From contig NC_043009.1 in assembly GCF_006345805.1 (NCBI RefSeq), positions 53,692,001 to 53,756,000 of the forward strand: a stretch of DNA of 64,000 nt. The letters run 5' to 3'. This DNA is from Octopus sinensis. Taxonomy: Eukaryota. Below the pieces are notes generated by a model. The model was not told the origin of the DNA. It searched no databases and saw only the letters and a list, made by a program, of their open reading frames with translations. Of the stretch, positions 12,900 to 27,413 are shown piece by piece. The stretch's first letter is position 1, and every line of letters begins with the position of its first letter. The position numbers were made by a program, and so were the translations under genes.

Positions 12900-14017
12900 G
12901 CTTGTTTATTTCTATGTTTTTTATTTAATATTAGTGTTGCTTTATAAGTTTTGCTCAAATTGCTGTTTCTTTTCAGATATCGTCAGTATAAGGTTACTAA
13001 AATTCATTAAAATGACAGATCTATCGTACTTTCAAAGAGATCAAATTGCTGGTGCTCAAATGGCAGGTGCTAGCGTAATGAAAACTGCCGAAATGTTTGA
13101 AGTACTGTCTCGAAAGTAATGACAGCCTTTGAGAAAGAGGGAAGAATCTCCTCGTCGAAATAAAACTCCGTAAGAAAACCAAAACTTTTAGATAGAGACC
13201 GTCGGATTCTTTCGCGAATTGTTAGAAAGGATCACGAAAGTACAACTCCAAAATTACTGTTCGCCGGGAGCTGTACAAAGCCGGATTTCACGGGAGGGCT
13301 GCAATCAGAAAACCACTACTTTCAAAAACAAACGTTGCAAAGCATTGAGAGTGGAGTAAAAACCTACAGAATTGGTCCCTAGAGCAGTGGAAGAATTTTA
13401 TTTTCTCGGAAGTGTCATCCTTTACCTTATTTCCGACCACCGGCCGAATATGCGTGTGGAGACAGCCAAAAGAAGCATATGACCCAGGCTGCCTTCTTCT
13501 ACCTGTTAAAAATGGAGGAAGATCTTTGATGATCTGAGGGTGGGGCTATATCTTGGAAACCCGCCGGTCTAATGGTTTCCTTTCATGGCAGATGTAATGG
13601 TCAAGACTACTTAAGCATTATATCTGATCAAATTCATCCTATGATTGCGGAACTGTTTCCGGATGGAAACGCAATCTGTCAGGATGATAATGCACCAATT
13701 CACACAGCTAAAGTTGTTACTGAATTGTACGAGGAACATTCTGGTGAAGATGAACATTTTATCTGGCCACCACAGTCCCCAGATCTCAATATTATTACAA
13801 ATAATGAGTAAATACCCTCCGCCATCATCACTACAAGAACTGGAGACTGTTTTAGCTGAAGAATAAACAAAAATACCCTTGGAAACAATTTAAAATTTGT
13901 ACAATTCCATACTTCGTAGAATTGAAGCTATAATTACTGACAAAGGCAGTCCTACCCCATATTAAAATAAATTTGTTTGATATTTTAAGGTGCTAGCATT
14001 ATTTTGTTCAACCCCTG
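12900..14017 (+). mobile_element. Decayed Tc1-like DNA transposon
   Basis: Broken transposase MTDLSYFQRDQI..., QDDNAPIH, WPPQSPDLNII, ending at about 13963. Right end TTATTTTGTTCAACCCCTG followed by TA. Left TIR not found. Confidence 0.85.
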
Positions 14018-14033
14018 TATATATATACATACT

Positions 14034-14124
<91 letters not shown>

Positions 14125-15878
14125 AGGAGGTAGTCAGAATTTTGGATAATCCTTTATTAGCGCTTTCTTTTGTATTCCAACTCAACACAAAATCAAAATC
14201 AAGATCGTTTTAGCAAAAGTTTCGTTGTTCATTTATATGAATCAGATGTTTGTTTTTTGCTTTGTTTAGAAGAGGGGAAGTTTTGGAGGAGATGGGTGAG
14301 GGAGAAAAAGAAAAGCAAAGTGGTGTGAGACAGATCAGTGAGAGAGGTTTCAGAACAATCAAGAAAGTGGATTGTCTGAAACCTCGCACTCAATCTATTT
14401 CCCATCCGCTCTGCTTTTCTGATTGCCTCCCTTTTCTCAATATACAAAATTTGTATACCACTGCGGTTAGGAATGTTGAAGAAAAATCAGAACATAGACA
14501 TATGGCGAAGTTATATCAACTTCAGAAAAGTGAAAAACCAAACAAAACACACAAGACAACACAAAATCACAAATATAAACCCATTCGTATATGTAAAGCT
14601 AAGATGTAATATATTTGCTTTGTGATAGAGAAAAACGGTTTAGATATTTAGAATAAGCAGCCCAAGACTATGTCAGATCACATCCAGGAGCAAGAATATA
14701 AATAACAAAATTCCCAAATGCAAACCAGTGTTATTCGACAGGCTTCTAATGTACCATCTTATTATATAGCTTCATTATCCTTTCGGCCCCACCATCACAT
14801 AATCCCACATCATCTTATGTCAGAAACAACGAATGATTCAGCACACCACTTCACCTACACCTACACCTTTTCTAAATTCCATCATTACGATAATACCCCC
14901 CACCACCACACACATACATACTTCATCGTTCTATCCATTGAACTACTATCAGTCGATCGTCACCATTAACAGCCCACATCATTCATTAACATCATAATAT
15001 CATTCAGATCGAGCGCATTTATCTCTCGTTAAATCTATGCTCAGCGTTGACTTAATGCCAGCCGAGTTTTCCATTGAATCATTTCTGTAATCACTTAAAA
15101 GTTGCATTGTTATAACGTTCTCTATTCTATTTTGTGCTAATGATATCAATTAGGTCATTTATTTACTGGCTCTGGTGAGATAATTCCTAGTTTGGCACAG
15201 ACACGACTGCGAACTCCCACGTATATGTATGCAGGCATATATAAACATGTATATATGTACGTATATATAAGAATGTATGTATGAGTATGTACGTTTGTTT
15301 GTGTGTGCGTGCAATTATGTTTGTATCATTTTTTTACAGGGACGGAGCTGGTTTCTAATGAAGAAAAACAAACACTTTTGCTACAATTTAGATAAGCAAA
15401 ACAGTAAGTGCTATGCGTTGAGCTTAATGATATATGCTGTATATCTTTACTGTTTCGCTTAGAGATTGTATTTGTGAAGTCCTTGTAACTATCTTAATCT
15501 AATGCTGAGATGTTTCAGCGAGACACTTAAATATTTAGTAACATCTATGTTATAAAGCGGTCTTTTGCCTCTGTTGTATCTGTCTTTTGACAGATATTGT
15601 CATATTCCGAAGTCACCGATAGGATGTGTGTGTTCGTGTGTGTATGTATATATATCTACCTGACAATTTCTTGTTAAGTTTTCCTTATTAAGTAGTTGTC
15701 CTAAATTGATAAATTTTTATTCCGAAAAAACTTTTCCTCTCCCGAAATGCAATTCGTAAAAGTTTGCCATTTATCCGGATGTAATATATGTAAACTCACC
15801 CATGTGCTTCGTTGATGTCGAGCAGTTAGCTGATCGGCTTAAGCGGGGCAGGGTCGTTGTTTATTTATAATACATTCA

Positions 15879-15924
15879 GGCCTGCTGATGAGTACGTAAG
15901 TATGAAATCACTGTGATACAGGTC
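15879..15924 (+). ncRNA. Minimal type I hammerhead ribozyme
   Basis: GGCCTG-CTGATGA-GTAC(GTAA)GTAT-GAA-ATCAC(T)GTGAT-A-CAGGTC. Stem I is 6 bp, stem II 4 bp, and stem III is palindromic. Predicted cleavage after 15918. Confidence 0.8.
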
Positions 15925-16061
15925 TATATTTTTTAAATGTCTTACTTTGAAAAATTGCATTCGGTGGGATTAGTAATATTTTTGGTAGAAATGACTAATT
16001 GTCCCTCTTAGCGTTTGGCATGTATGTATAATGCCTTCTGGCATGTATGTATAATGCCCTC

Positions 16062-16689
16062 TATATATAAATATATATATATATGTATATATACATATAT
16101 GTACATATATATGCATATGTGTCTGTATATACATATACATATATATGTATATGTATATATACACACACATATATATATATAAACACATACATATATACAT
16201 ATATGTACGTGTATACCTTCGTATATATGTGTGCGCACCAGCTTGCGTGCGTGTGTGAATCGTCTAGTGATTAGGGTATGCATTCATGGTCACTAGGTCG
16301 TGAATTGCTCCAGGTCACTCGGCTATAAATAAGTAACTCTGCGATGGACTGGCATTCCCATCAGAGGGAATGTTGGCCTACTTGCGTTGCCAAGTATTGG
16401 CATATCTCTAATCTAAACGGACAGCGATGTAGATCAACTTTCGATAATCGGGTCGATAATTAGTCCAACAACTTTAAGCTCACACGATAAGTCATCAAGA
16501 TGTAAGTGCTTGCTGAGAAGTTCATTAGCAATCCACAGGAGTACTGGAATTTGTTTCCTTCACCTTCTATCTATGTAATGGACGCAGGTTCGTGTGTCAT
16601 ATAGCTAGCTAGAGGCGGTGGCCTCTTGGAGTTAATCAGCGACAGCTTTAGTCTAATATTTAACTGCCATATTAGTATGGCGATAACTA

Positions 16690-16748
<59 letters not shown>

Positions 16749-17358
16749 TATATATGTATATATACATATATGTACATATATATGCATATGTGTCTGTATA
16801 TACATATACATATATATGTATATGTATATATACACACACATATATATATATAAACACATACATATATACATATATGTACGTGTATACCTTCGTATATATG
16901 TGTGCGCACCAGCTTGCGTGCGTGTGTGAATCGTCTAGTGATTAGGGTATTGCATTCATGGTCACTAGGTCGTGAATTGCTCCAGGTCACTCGGCTATAA
17001 ATAAGTAACTCTGCGATGGACTGGCATTCCCATCAGAGGGAATGTTGGCCTACTTGCGTTGCCAAGTATTGGCATATCTCTAATCTAAACGGACAGCGAT
17101 GTAGATCAACTTTCGATAATCGGGTCGATAATTAGTCCAACAACTTTAAGCTCACACGATAAGTCATCAAGATGTAAGTGCTTGCTGAGAAGTTCATTAG
17201 CAATCCACAGGAGTACTGGAATTTGTTTCCTTCACCTTCTATCTATGTAATGGACGCAGGTTCGTGTGTCATATAGCTAGCTAGAGGCGGTGGCCTCTTG
17301 GAGTTAATCAGCGACAGCTTTAGTCTAATATTTAACTGCCATATTATATGGCGATAAC

Positions 17359-17362
<4 letters not shown>
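16062..17362. repeat. Near-identical tandem duplication, 671-bp period
   Basis: CGTCTAGTG at 16261 and 16932; unit ends at 16691 and 17362. The two differences I saw outside the TA tracts are 1-bp indels. Confidence 0.9.
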
Positions 17363-17407
<45 letters not shown>

Positions 17408-19306
17408 TTGGTGTATATGTATATGAATACTACTGCACATACTGTACGTGTTCTGTTTATTCGCTGGTTCATTGCGGTTTTTCTTAAGAGACGACTAACT
17501 CATAATGCTGGATGATGAAACACCTGAAAGTCATAGACAGCCGAGACAACTCGCCGTCAATGGAATTTAGGAGAGGTAGATACCGATATATTGGCATTTT
17601 TGTTGTTTATCAACGTCACGTAACCTGAATCGAATCGGTGTTGAATCACATCGCCAGTCTTCGACTAAATATAATTGGTGTGAGATTTATTTGCTTGTAT
17701 GTCATTTCGATACATACGCAAGATTAAATTCAGAATTCGAAATATTGGTTTGTTTGTATGTATGTGTGCATGTATGTATGTATGTATGTATGTATGTATG
17801 TATGTATGTATGTATGTATGTATGTGAATATATGTGTGTATGTATGTATGTATGTATAAGAGGAGAGAAGTAGCGAGAGGGAGAGAAAGAGAACTATTTT
17901 GATAGATGTACAGAAAGCAAATGTGGAGAGACACATACAGGTATGCGGGGAAGAAAGGAATGAAGGAAGGGAGAAGAAGAAGAAGAAGAAGAAGAAGAAG
18001 AAGAAGAAAAAGAAAACGAAGAAGAAGAAGAAGAAGAAGAAGAAGAAAAAGAAAACGAAGAAGAAGAAGAAGAAGAAGAAGAAGAAGAAGAAGAAGAAGA
18101 AGAAGAAGAAGAAGAAGAAGAAGAAGAAACTATTACTGAAGGGTAAAATGTACGACATGTAAACATTCTTTTAAATTATATTAAATTGAGAGAATACGGA
18201 CTAACGACTATAAAATTATAGATTTACATACAAAATGATATAACCAGATTGTATAGTCTGTGAGATTCTATTGAACTATTGGGGTAAAGGAAGTGGGGAA
18301 ATATTGGCAATGTGACAATAATGACGAACTCTAAATCTTGAGGAAAAGATAATTTTCATAAAGACTGGAAGAAACTGATTGATAAATACACGCACAGGAA
18401 GTACGTTTTGTCAGAAGAGACCAACGAAATATGGGAGACATTTGGAAATAGTCCAGTCACTAATTTATTGTAAAACATTGTTTGTTATAGTGATCGCTTG
18501 CATCCCACTTTAGTAAATGGAGATAAAATGGTAATGTTTCTCTCGTTCTGTCTGCCTGTCTTCCTGTTTGTCTGTCTGTCTCTAGCAAATACACAGGCAC
18601 GCATGCACCCACACACACAGATACACACACGCACAAACACAGACGCACACACGCACGCACAGACCGATAAATTATGTGATATTTATGGCCATTACAAATA
18701 ATGTCACCATAGAAGACAAAGCAACATAATAAGAAAGCTTCTGTTATGTCGCGTGAGCTGCTAAATGTAGCAATCGTATTTCCCTCAAATTACACGATGT
18801 TATATAAAAAGAGCGAGGGAGGGAGAGAAAGAGGGAAATTAAGAGTGATATTATGTACAGGAATTTATGTAGTACATTATATATATATATATGCGCGTGT
18901 GCGTATGTGTAATTATCTTATACAGCCTATCTCAACTGCGTATAGCGGATTTTGTTATTTTATTCAGCCCGGCGGAGTATCCGCGCACTCAGTGAATGTT
19001 TCCGTCATTTTCTCCTAAATCTGAAATAATAACTCCATAGGAACTGTTATCTGGCCTATCGACAACGTGTATACATTAACTGTACATTACATAGCTCACT
19101 ATTTTATTTAATAATGCCTCAATTGCGTAGAGTGCATATCTGATGTTTGTATGTAAGTTTATGTAGCTACACGCGCGCACACGTACTCACACATATATAA
19201 ACATATAACATATTTGTATACATACACGTGTGTGTGTAGCCATGTGTGCGTATGTATGTGTGTGTGCATGTACGATACATACATACCTACATACATTCAA
19301 ACATAC

Positions 19307-19500
19307 ATACGATTGGGTACTGAAAATTTCCTGGCTTTGGGTAAAAGAAAATACAGGAGAATCAGTTATTATTTTATTCAACATATTCTCCTTTGAGATT
19401 CACACGCTTATTGCAGCGGTCCTACAATTTTCTAAGCCCTGTAAGAGAACTCGGAAGTTTGGGCCTCCAACTAAGCCTTTTGCGATTCCCTGAAAGCACC
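19307..19500 (-). mobile_element. Mariner 3' end with TIR
   Basis: GLRKL*DRCNKRVNLKGEYVE*, followed by ...CCAGGAAATTTTCAGTACCCAATCG+TA. Confidence 0.6.
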
Positions 19501-20557
19501 CCATCCTACATACATATGTCTATCTGTATGTGTATGTACGTCTGAGTTTATCACTACTCCAGCACTGTTTGGAAGGTAATCAAGGCCTTGTTGATTTGCT
19601 TATAACTTCATAAGTTAGAGTTTCGACAGGAGTCACCTATAGAATAATTTGCCGAATTAAAAATAGATCATATGTACTGGAATCGATTTGTTCCTCTTCA
19701 GCATGGTGCCCCAGGAAGGCCGATGTCCAATCAATGAAGCACGTACATGATAAAAGATGACAGACAGTCGCAACGATTTACGTAAAGATTAGTAGCATTT
19801 TACTATTATTCACATTTTTATCTCTTATCACACAACAATCAATGCTGTCTGTATACCATATTTGACATATGTCCGGCTGTTGCGTCGAGCTTCACATACT
19901 CCTAGAAAGATATTATGACGATGTGATTACCTTTAGGTAAACATTTTATCGACATATATCTCTTTCGCCAGAAGGTAAAGAGTTTACATTAACATTCTCT
20001 CAATACAAACTCATTCGTGCGGAGAGCGTTCACAATTATCATTAAAAGTACACCTACCATTCTGGTTATAGTTTTCTGTATTCTTTTCTTAAGAACAAGT
20101 CTCTTAAAGCAACACTACAACATGTCGTTCACAAACATGAACTACATATCACCTTCTCACTGTGAATCAGTATTTTGATAAGGCATTTCTTTTAGCATTT
20201 AACATTTAACATGTGTGTGTGTGTGTCTGTGTGTGTGTATGCTGATTCGAAGACTGCAGATTGAAGCCATTACTAGAACTGTAAAACTTTCCAGAAGTTT
20301 ATCATTTAAGTATGTATGCGCATGCTCACATGTGCAAATGTATACATTAGAATAGGTACATATAAGAAAATATACAGATCTGCATCTATATATACATACA
20401 AAAATACCCTGTTGATGTTGCTGAAATTCCAATGAAGGATCCTTGGATCTAGGTTAGATACCGGCTCTTTCTCTAACGGCAAGATATCTTGAAATAAAAT
20501 TGAATAATGACATACATACATACATACATATATACATATATACATATATACTAAATA

Positions 20558-21712
20558 TTGAGTCATCCCATAAATAATGCGGTTTTTTCAATTGTATTAA
20601 CTAAAAGTCGGAGGGGCACGGTATAAACTACTTGCATCAAATTGCTATAAAAGCTGGTAGTAATTTCATCTTGCACATATTTTTGGTGCAAGTTTTGAAG
20701 AGTGTGGTTCAGCGTTAACTGTTATTTTTTTAAAAGCTATAATAGAAGTGAGAAATGAACATATTCGGCATATTTTGCTTTATGAGTTCAATAGTGCCAA
20801 CAACGCAACGGAAAGTGCGAGGAGTATTAATGCAATATACGGGGATCGGACAATAAGCGTAAGTCAATGTGAACGGTGGTTCCAGAAATTCCGAGCCGGA
20901 AGCTACAGCCTAAAAGACGAGCCTCGTCCTGGGAGAACTGTAGAGCTTGACGAGGACGACCTGGAAACCTTGTTGGAACAAAATGCCATCGTAACTGCTG
21001 AAGAACTAGCAGAGTAACTTGGATTTGGTCATTCAACCATCCATCGACATCTGCGTGGTATAGGAAAAGTGAGAAAATTGGGTCAAAATGGTGGCTCACA
21101 AGGTTTCCGAGTCTAATCGCACGCAAAAAGTGAATGTGTGCATTTCTTTGCTGTAACGACTCACGAATGAACCTTTATTAGACAGAATAGTGACTGGTGA
21201 CGTGAAATGGGTTCTCTATAAAAATGTCAAGCGCCAAAGACAGTGGGTAGGAAAAGGAGAAACACCGGCACCCCAAGCTAAAGAAGGCGTTTACCCACGT
21301 AAGGTGTGGTTATCTGTTTGGTTGGATATGAAAGATTTAATCCACTTTGAATTTTTCAACCCAAACCAATCGATAATGCTCGGCCACATACAGCGATGAT
21401 GACATTCCAAAGGCTGGATCAGTTTTAATGGGAAACGATGCACCACCCACCATATTCTCCGGACATTGGCGCATCTGATTATCATTTATTCTGCAGTCAT
21501 TAATATCATTTGGACGGAAAAAAATAAGAATTCTGTAGACGCGGTCATAACAGTATTGGGGGAATACTTTTCGTCAGGAACAAGTGAATTTTGGAAGAGG
21601 AGGCCTTGGAAGGCCTATTGTAGAAAAGGAAGCAGAATACATTTTAGATTAAAAAAGAACTTTGTCTTAATTTTCAAAAATGAAAAAAGTATTTAAAAAT
21701 GAAACGCAAATA
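20558..21712 (+). mobile_element. Decayed mariner (Mos1/Hsmar-like) transposon
   Basis: TA+TTGAGTCATCCCATAAATAATGCGG left end. HTH region MRNEHIRHILLYEF...WFQKFRAG, and IVTGDVKWVLY...RKVWLSVW. Has stops and an internal deletion. Confidence 0.85.
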
Positions 21713-21893
21713 TAAAGGCGCTGGCGTGGGTGTGTGGTAAGAAGCTTACTTCCCAACCACATGGTTCTGTCTTTCTTGGGCACGTGCCTTCTACTATAGC
21801 CTCGTGCTGAACAAATATTTGTTAGGGGATTTGGTAGACGGAAACTGAAAGAATCCTGTGGTATATATATATGTGTGTGTGTGTGTGTATCCA

Positions 21894-21940
<47 letters not shown>

Positions 21941-21994
21941 TCGTATATACACACAAACATGCACACATATGTATATGTATATATATATATATAT

Positions 21995-22047
<53 letters not shown>

Positions 22048-22074
22048 TATTACATATAATTACCGATATCGTAA

Positions 22075-22400
22075 ACAGAAAATATGGGGAATAGGCTGGA
22101 TAAGGGACGTCAGTTTCCTTGTGCATTACCAAAAAGTCGCATATAATGATTAGCATGCAAGTAGGGACGCCAGTTTAAGTACCATCAAACTTTATCTGTA
22201 TTTTAGTGATCTCTTTTTTCGCTGCTTCTCCCACGCACTTCAGAGCATCAAAATAAAACTGTTTATTGAGCGCTTAACCAGATGGAAGAAGCATATAATG
22301 ATCGAGAATCTTCCAGTCTAAAAAGTCTATAACCCATTCTTTCCATTCGAGGGACTGTGATGAAGTTTTAGTTTCTGCGTCGTCAGTCAACTAACCCATT
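22075..22400 (-). mobile_element. Mariner transposase remnant
   Basis: DAETK..SLEWK, HYMLLPSG*ALNKQFYFDALK and VPYPAYSP (HPPYSPDL-like). Confidence 0.6.
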
Positions 22401-24372
22401 GCTACAAATACTGTCTTCTATAGGTATCTTCACCCCCACCCCGTGGCAATGTCATCTTCTTTGGTAGATGGCTCTGAATCCTTTCTCTGTTTAATCTTGT
22501 CTCAGCAGAGGCGGCACAAATAACATATTAATACAATGCAGATTCAATTATTTTAAAGAATTATGAAGCATAGACATTGAAAGATGCCTACATGATCTAT
22601 GGAAACGTGCAGGAGTAAGTCAGTGTGTTGTTCTTTGTTTTTGTTTATTACTTCTTGACGTATTTTCTGATAATAAGGCAATATTTTGGCCATGAGAGAC
22701 TCCGTTTTACTATACGAACAGTACGAGGTTTTGTACAGAACGGAATACATATGTCGGCATTGGCATGCGGTATAATAGAATAGAAACCAGATTTAGAACA
22801 TTCAGATCTGAGACGACAATATTACTCAGGAAAATGTATAATGCCCTCATTATTCTCTTTCGTATAACTATTGCAGCACTGAAAAATAATTTAAAAAAAT
22901 TTTAAATGTAGATTAACTAAAAGACAGTTTGTAAATCTTTCATTTTCAACTTACGACAAAACGCCAAGTGCACTGATAATGCATTCGCTCTGCGTATGTA
23001 AAGTGATGGCCAACCGAAGTTGTGCGATGTAGCTATTACATTGTATTTCAATAGCACTATGTGTACAAATGATTCGTGGATGGCTAAGGTGATGTAATAT
23101 ATTGGTACTTCTTTAAACAATATTTCTCTATAGTACTCTTTTCAACATCTCTTATTCAATACATATTAGTTGTAGAGATGATGAATAATTTCTTATTAGA
23201 TTTTGCATAGCAATCTAAAATGACATATTTGACAGAGATATAGCCCTTTGCGCACAGCGAGTTATTTTTCTTTATGTCATCATTTATATATACATATATT
23301 CGCACAACCCACGCGTTTATATATATATACGGATATATCAACATGTATACTTCTACTCAGACATATACACTACGTCCCACAATATTAGGCAAATCAACCT
23401 TTTCTCAATAAATAAATGTATATTCGTTCAAAACGAGTTGTTTTCCCACTGACTGTTGGCAACACCTATCTGAGCACTTTCTGTTAAAATAAATCGGATC
23501 TGCGCAGACGCCAACAAATGGCACCCATTTTTGTGAGTGGGCGACATTTTCTCCGTCACAAATATCACAAATTATACATACATACATACATACATAAAAA
23601 AGCGCTCAGTAAATATTCACTTATGCATATGCTATCTTAAAGATAGCGTGTTCGCAGTAAAACTGTAGCTCTGTGTACGCGTCGGAGTGATTAACTGTGC
23701 ATGAATGTATGTCTGAGGGAAGATGTGTACATGTATCTGTGTGTGTTTGTATGTGCCTGTGTGTATGTATGTATGTTTGTATGTATGTATGTATGTATGT
23801 ATGTATGTATGTATAGACAAACACATATATATATATGTGTATAGACTTGAATAAATTCACTTCAGTGTAGATCCAATATCTTAGCTACACACGTACGCAA
23901 ACACTCACCCACATTCATGCACCTAAACACACACACACACATTACACACTGACAGGCATAGATGTTACTACTTACAACTAAATATTTGATACACGCATGC
24001 GCACAACAACGTAACAATTCTGAATACATGTCTGCAGACACAACATTGTACCTATTGTAATTGTTTACCAATATTCAATATTTCGCTTCGTATACATTCA
24101 TATAAATATATATATACATACGCAGACATACGCATACCGACAGATATGCACAATAACATAAACACACATGGCATCACATATACAAAATCGTACAAATATA
24201 CACACACCTATACACACATAAATTAATACCCAGAGAACTAAAAATATACACATGTGTATACAATAAGTGGTTTCTATGATTTCACTGCTGTATATATGTG
24301 TTAAATTTATTTTTGTATTCTTTAGGTATTCCTCTATAGCTGCCACTGCAAACGTACATATCTACACACACA

Positions 24373-24418
<46 letters not shown>

Positions 24419-24604
24419 TCACATATCTACATACACACATATATACATCCGTGCATATGTATAATTATATATTTCTTTAAACACATATGTACATACGAAT
24501 ATGTATTTTTATGTATAAATGTATATGAATATATGCACATATAGCTACATATATGTGTATAAATATATACATGCATATCTATATATACATACATAAATAC
24601 ATAC

Positions 24605-24641
<37 letters not shown>

Positions 24642-24699
24642 CATACATACATATATATATGTATGAATATACATATATACATACATACTTACATATCAT

Positions 24700-24736
<37 letters not shown>

Positions 24737-25174
24737 TACAACCATACATACACACATATGTGGCCAGACACACGTAACTACGCACTGCTAAATATTTGAC
24801 ACACGCATGCGCACATCGATGCACCAAATCTGTGTACATGTCTACAGACACACGCATTGTATCTATAGTAATTGTTTCCCAATATTCAATATCTCTGCAC
24901 ATATGCACACATAGTCACACGCAACGTGCCCGCGCCTATAAACACACGCGCTGTATAATTGCAAACGCGCACGTATGCATACACACACACAGCGTTAAAT
25001 AAACGTATACACGCAAATGCACACACATTCACATGCACACACACGTGCATGCTCACGCACAGACACACACATACAAACACACGTCCACAGATCTATCTCA
25101 ATCGTCAAAAACTAAAATTTCCTAATTGTAAATTTGGGGGAAAGAAAAACATTGATTACAAGTAAATAATAAAC

Positions 25175-25177
25175 GTC

Positions 25178-25231
<54 letters not shown>

Positions 25232-26520
25232 TTTAACAATAGTAATAATAATCATAATACCATGACGACAACCACCAACACCACCACCACCACCACCACG
25301 AACAGAAACAATGTCGATAACAACAAAACAATGATAAGAAGAAGAAGAAGAAGAAGGAAGAAGAGAAGAAGAAGAAGAAGAAGAAAAAGAAAAGAAGAAG
25401 AAAGAAGAAGAAGAATAAGAGAAGAAGTACGAAGGAGAAGGAAGAAGGAAGAAGAAGAAGAAGAGGAAGGAAGAGGAGGAGAAGAAGAAGAAGAAGAAGA
25501 AGAAAGAAGGAGAAAAAGAAGAAGAAGAAGAAAAAGAAGAAGAAGAAGAAGAAGAAGAAGAAGATGAAGAAGAAGAAGAAGAAGAAGAGGAAGGAGGAGA
25601 AGAAGAAGAAGAAGAAGAAGAAGAAGAAGAAGAAGAAGAAGAAGAAGAAGAAGAAGAAGAAGAAGAAGAAAACCCACAGTAGTAACAATAACAAGAAGAA
25701 CAACGGCAATAATAAAAATTAATGTATATGGAGTACAGAATATTGTAGAAAATTTTCGAAAAATAAAAGAGGTTAAATAAAGGTGGAAAAATGTAGAAGT
25801 TATTTATTTATCAAATGTATTTGTTTTCTGTGCAAGTTGTGTATGTAAGATTTCTATTTGTCTATATATTCCTGATTTCTGAAGTTTTACAATTATCATT
25901 TTTTTTTTTTTTGTTCAGCATTTTATGACAGAACAAAGATGAACGTCATGATGATAATGACGATAAGGAGGAGGAGGAGGAGGAGGAGGAGGAGGGTAAG
26001 AGAAGAAGAAATAGGAGGAAGAACAGGATGATGGTGATGATGATGATGATGTTGATGATGATAATGATGATGATGATGATGTTGATGATGATGATGATGA
26101 TGATGATGAAGATGATGATGATGATGTTGATGAAAATGGTGAACATGATGGTAGAAAGGAGGAGGAAAAAGGGAGGGAGCAAATGATAATAATAATAACA
26201 TCGAAAAATACCTTAAGAACGAGGTCCCAGGTTCGAAACTTCTCCAACACACCTGATGATATTGACAATGATGAAGATGATGATGATGATGATGATGATG
26301 ATGTGATGACGACGACGATGATGACGATGATGACGATGATGATGACGATGATGATGATGATGATGATGAAAATGGTGAACATGATGGTAGAAGGAGAAGA
26401 AAAAAAGGGGGGGGTGAATGGTTGCGGTCTAGGCTATGATGCTGACGATGACGATGTTGATAAAGATGATTAGGAGGATGGGATTGATGACAACGACGAC
26501 GACAAACGATGATGATGTTC
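25175..26520. repeat. Compound trinucleotide microsatellite block (GTA, GAA, GAG, GAT)
   Basis: Direct inspection. Representative of similar blocks at 1080-1230, 2670-3000, 10705-10968, 17960-18130, 32870-33070, 34390-34830 and 61900-63240. Confidence 0.9.
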
Positions 26521-27355
26521 CTTAGTTCCAATCGGCCCTGATTTCTTTATGATCAAACTTCTTTCCTCAATCCATCCACCCATCCACCCATCCAGTCATC
26601 CTCCCAAGCATTTTCCTCAGATATTGCCAATGCATGACTACGTTATAAAATACAGACTTCCTTTAGAAGGCGATAGAGCATCGTTCTTAGAACATTTGGC
26701 TGCTGTTTTTAGTAGGTAGTGCTACCACCATCTAAAGTCATCGTCGCCATCATTCTCCAAGATTTGTCTTAGTGAGAATCAGTCATTTTATTGTAGCTTA
26801 ATAACAAGTTAACGGCATTTGAAACGACCTATAATCAATATTCCTCCAAACATGACCTTTACGCCTTTCTCTCGGTAATTGCCTATCTAAAGTTTCTTTA
26901 ATGTGTCCAGCTCTTTTTGAAGCAGGAGAGGAAAATTTGGCTGCTATTTCTAAATCAATCATCGACTTGGCTGCGTCGGTAAGTTAAATTTCGTAGCGAA
27001 TTTCTTCTTCTTCTTCTTCTTCTTCTTCTTCTTCTCCCTCTTCTTCTCCCTCTTTTTTTTCTTCTTCTTCTTCTTCTTCTCTTCTTCTTCTTCTTCTTCA
27101 TCTTCTTCTTCTTCTACTTCTTCTTCTTCTTCCACTCTCTCCCACCATTCTCGATCCTCTACTTGCTTTTCTTTTACAACATAAACTTTCACCTCTTCTG
27201 CTTTCCCCTTCTTTTCTCTTCCCATCATCACCACCACAAACCCGACCCCCATCACATACCCCACAAACAAAATTTCTACTACCAGTAACCCAGCAACACC
27301 ACAAATACAAACACACGTACAGAAAATATCAAGACCTTCAAATTATCGCTAATGT

Positions 27356-27413
<58 letters not shown>

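Noticed and set aside
16605-16630. AGAGGC-GGTG-GCCTCT hairpin next to CTAG, resembling a Helitron 3' end
   Set aside because: The stem is short, the hairpin-to-CTAG spacing is atypical, and no 5' TC end or Rep/Hel remnant was identified.
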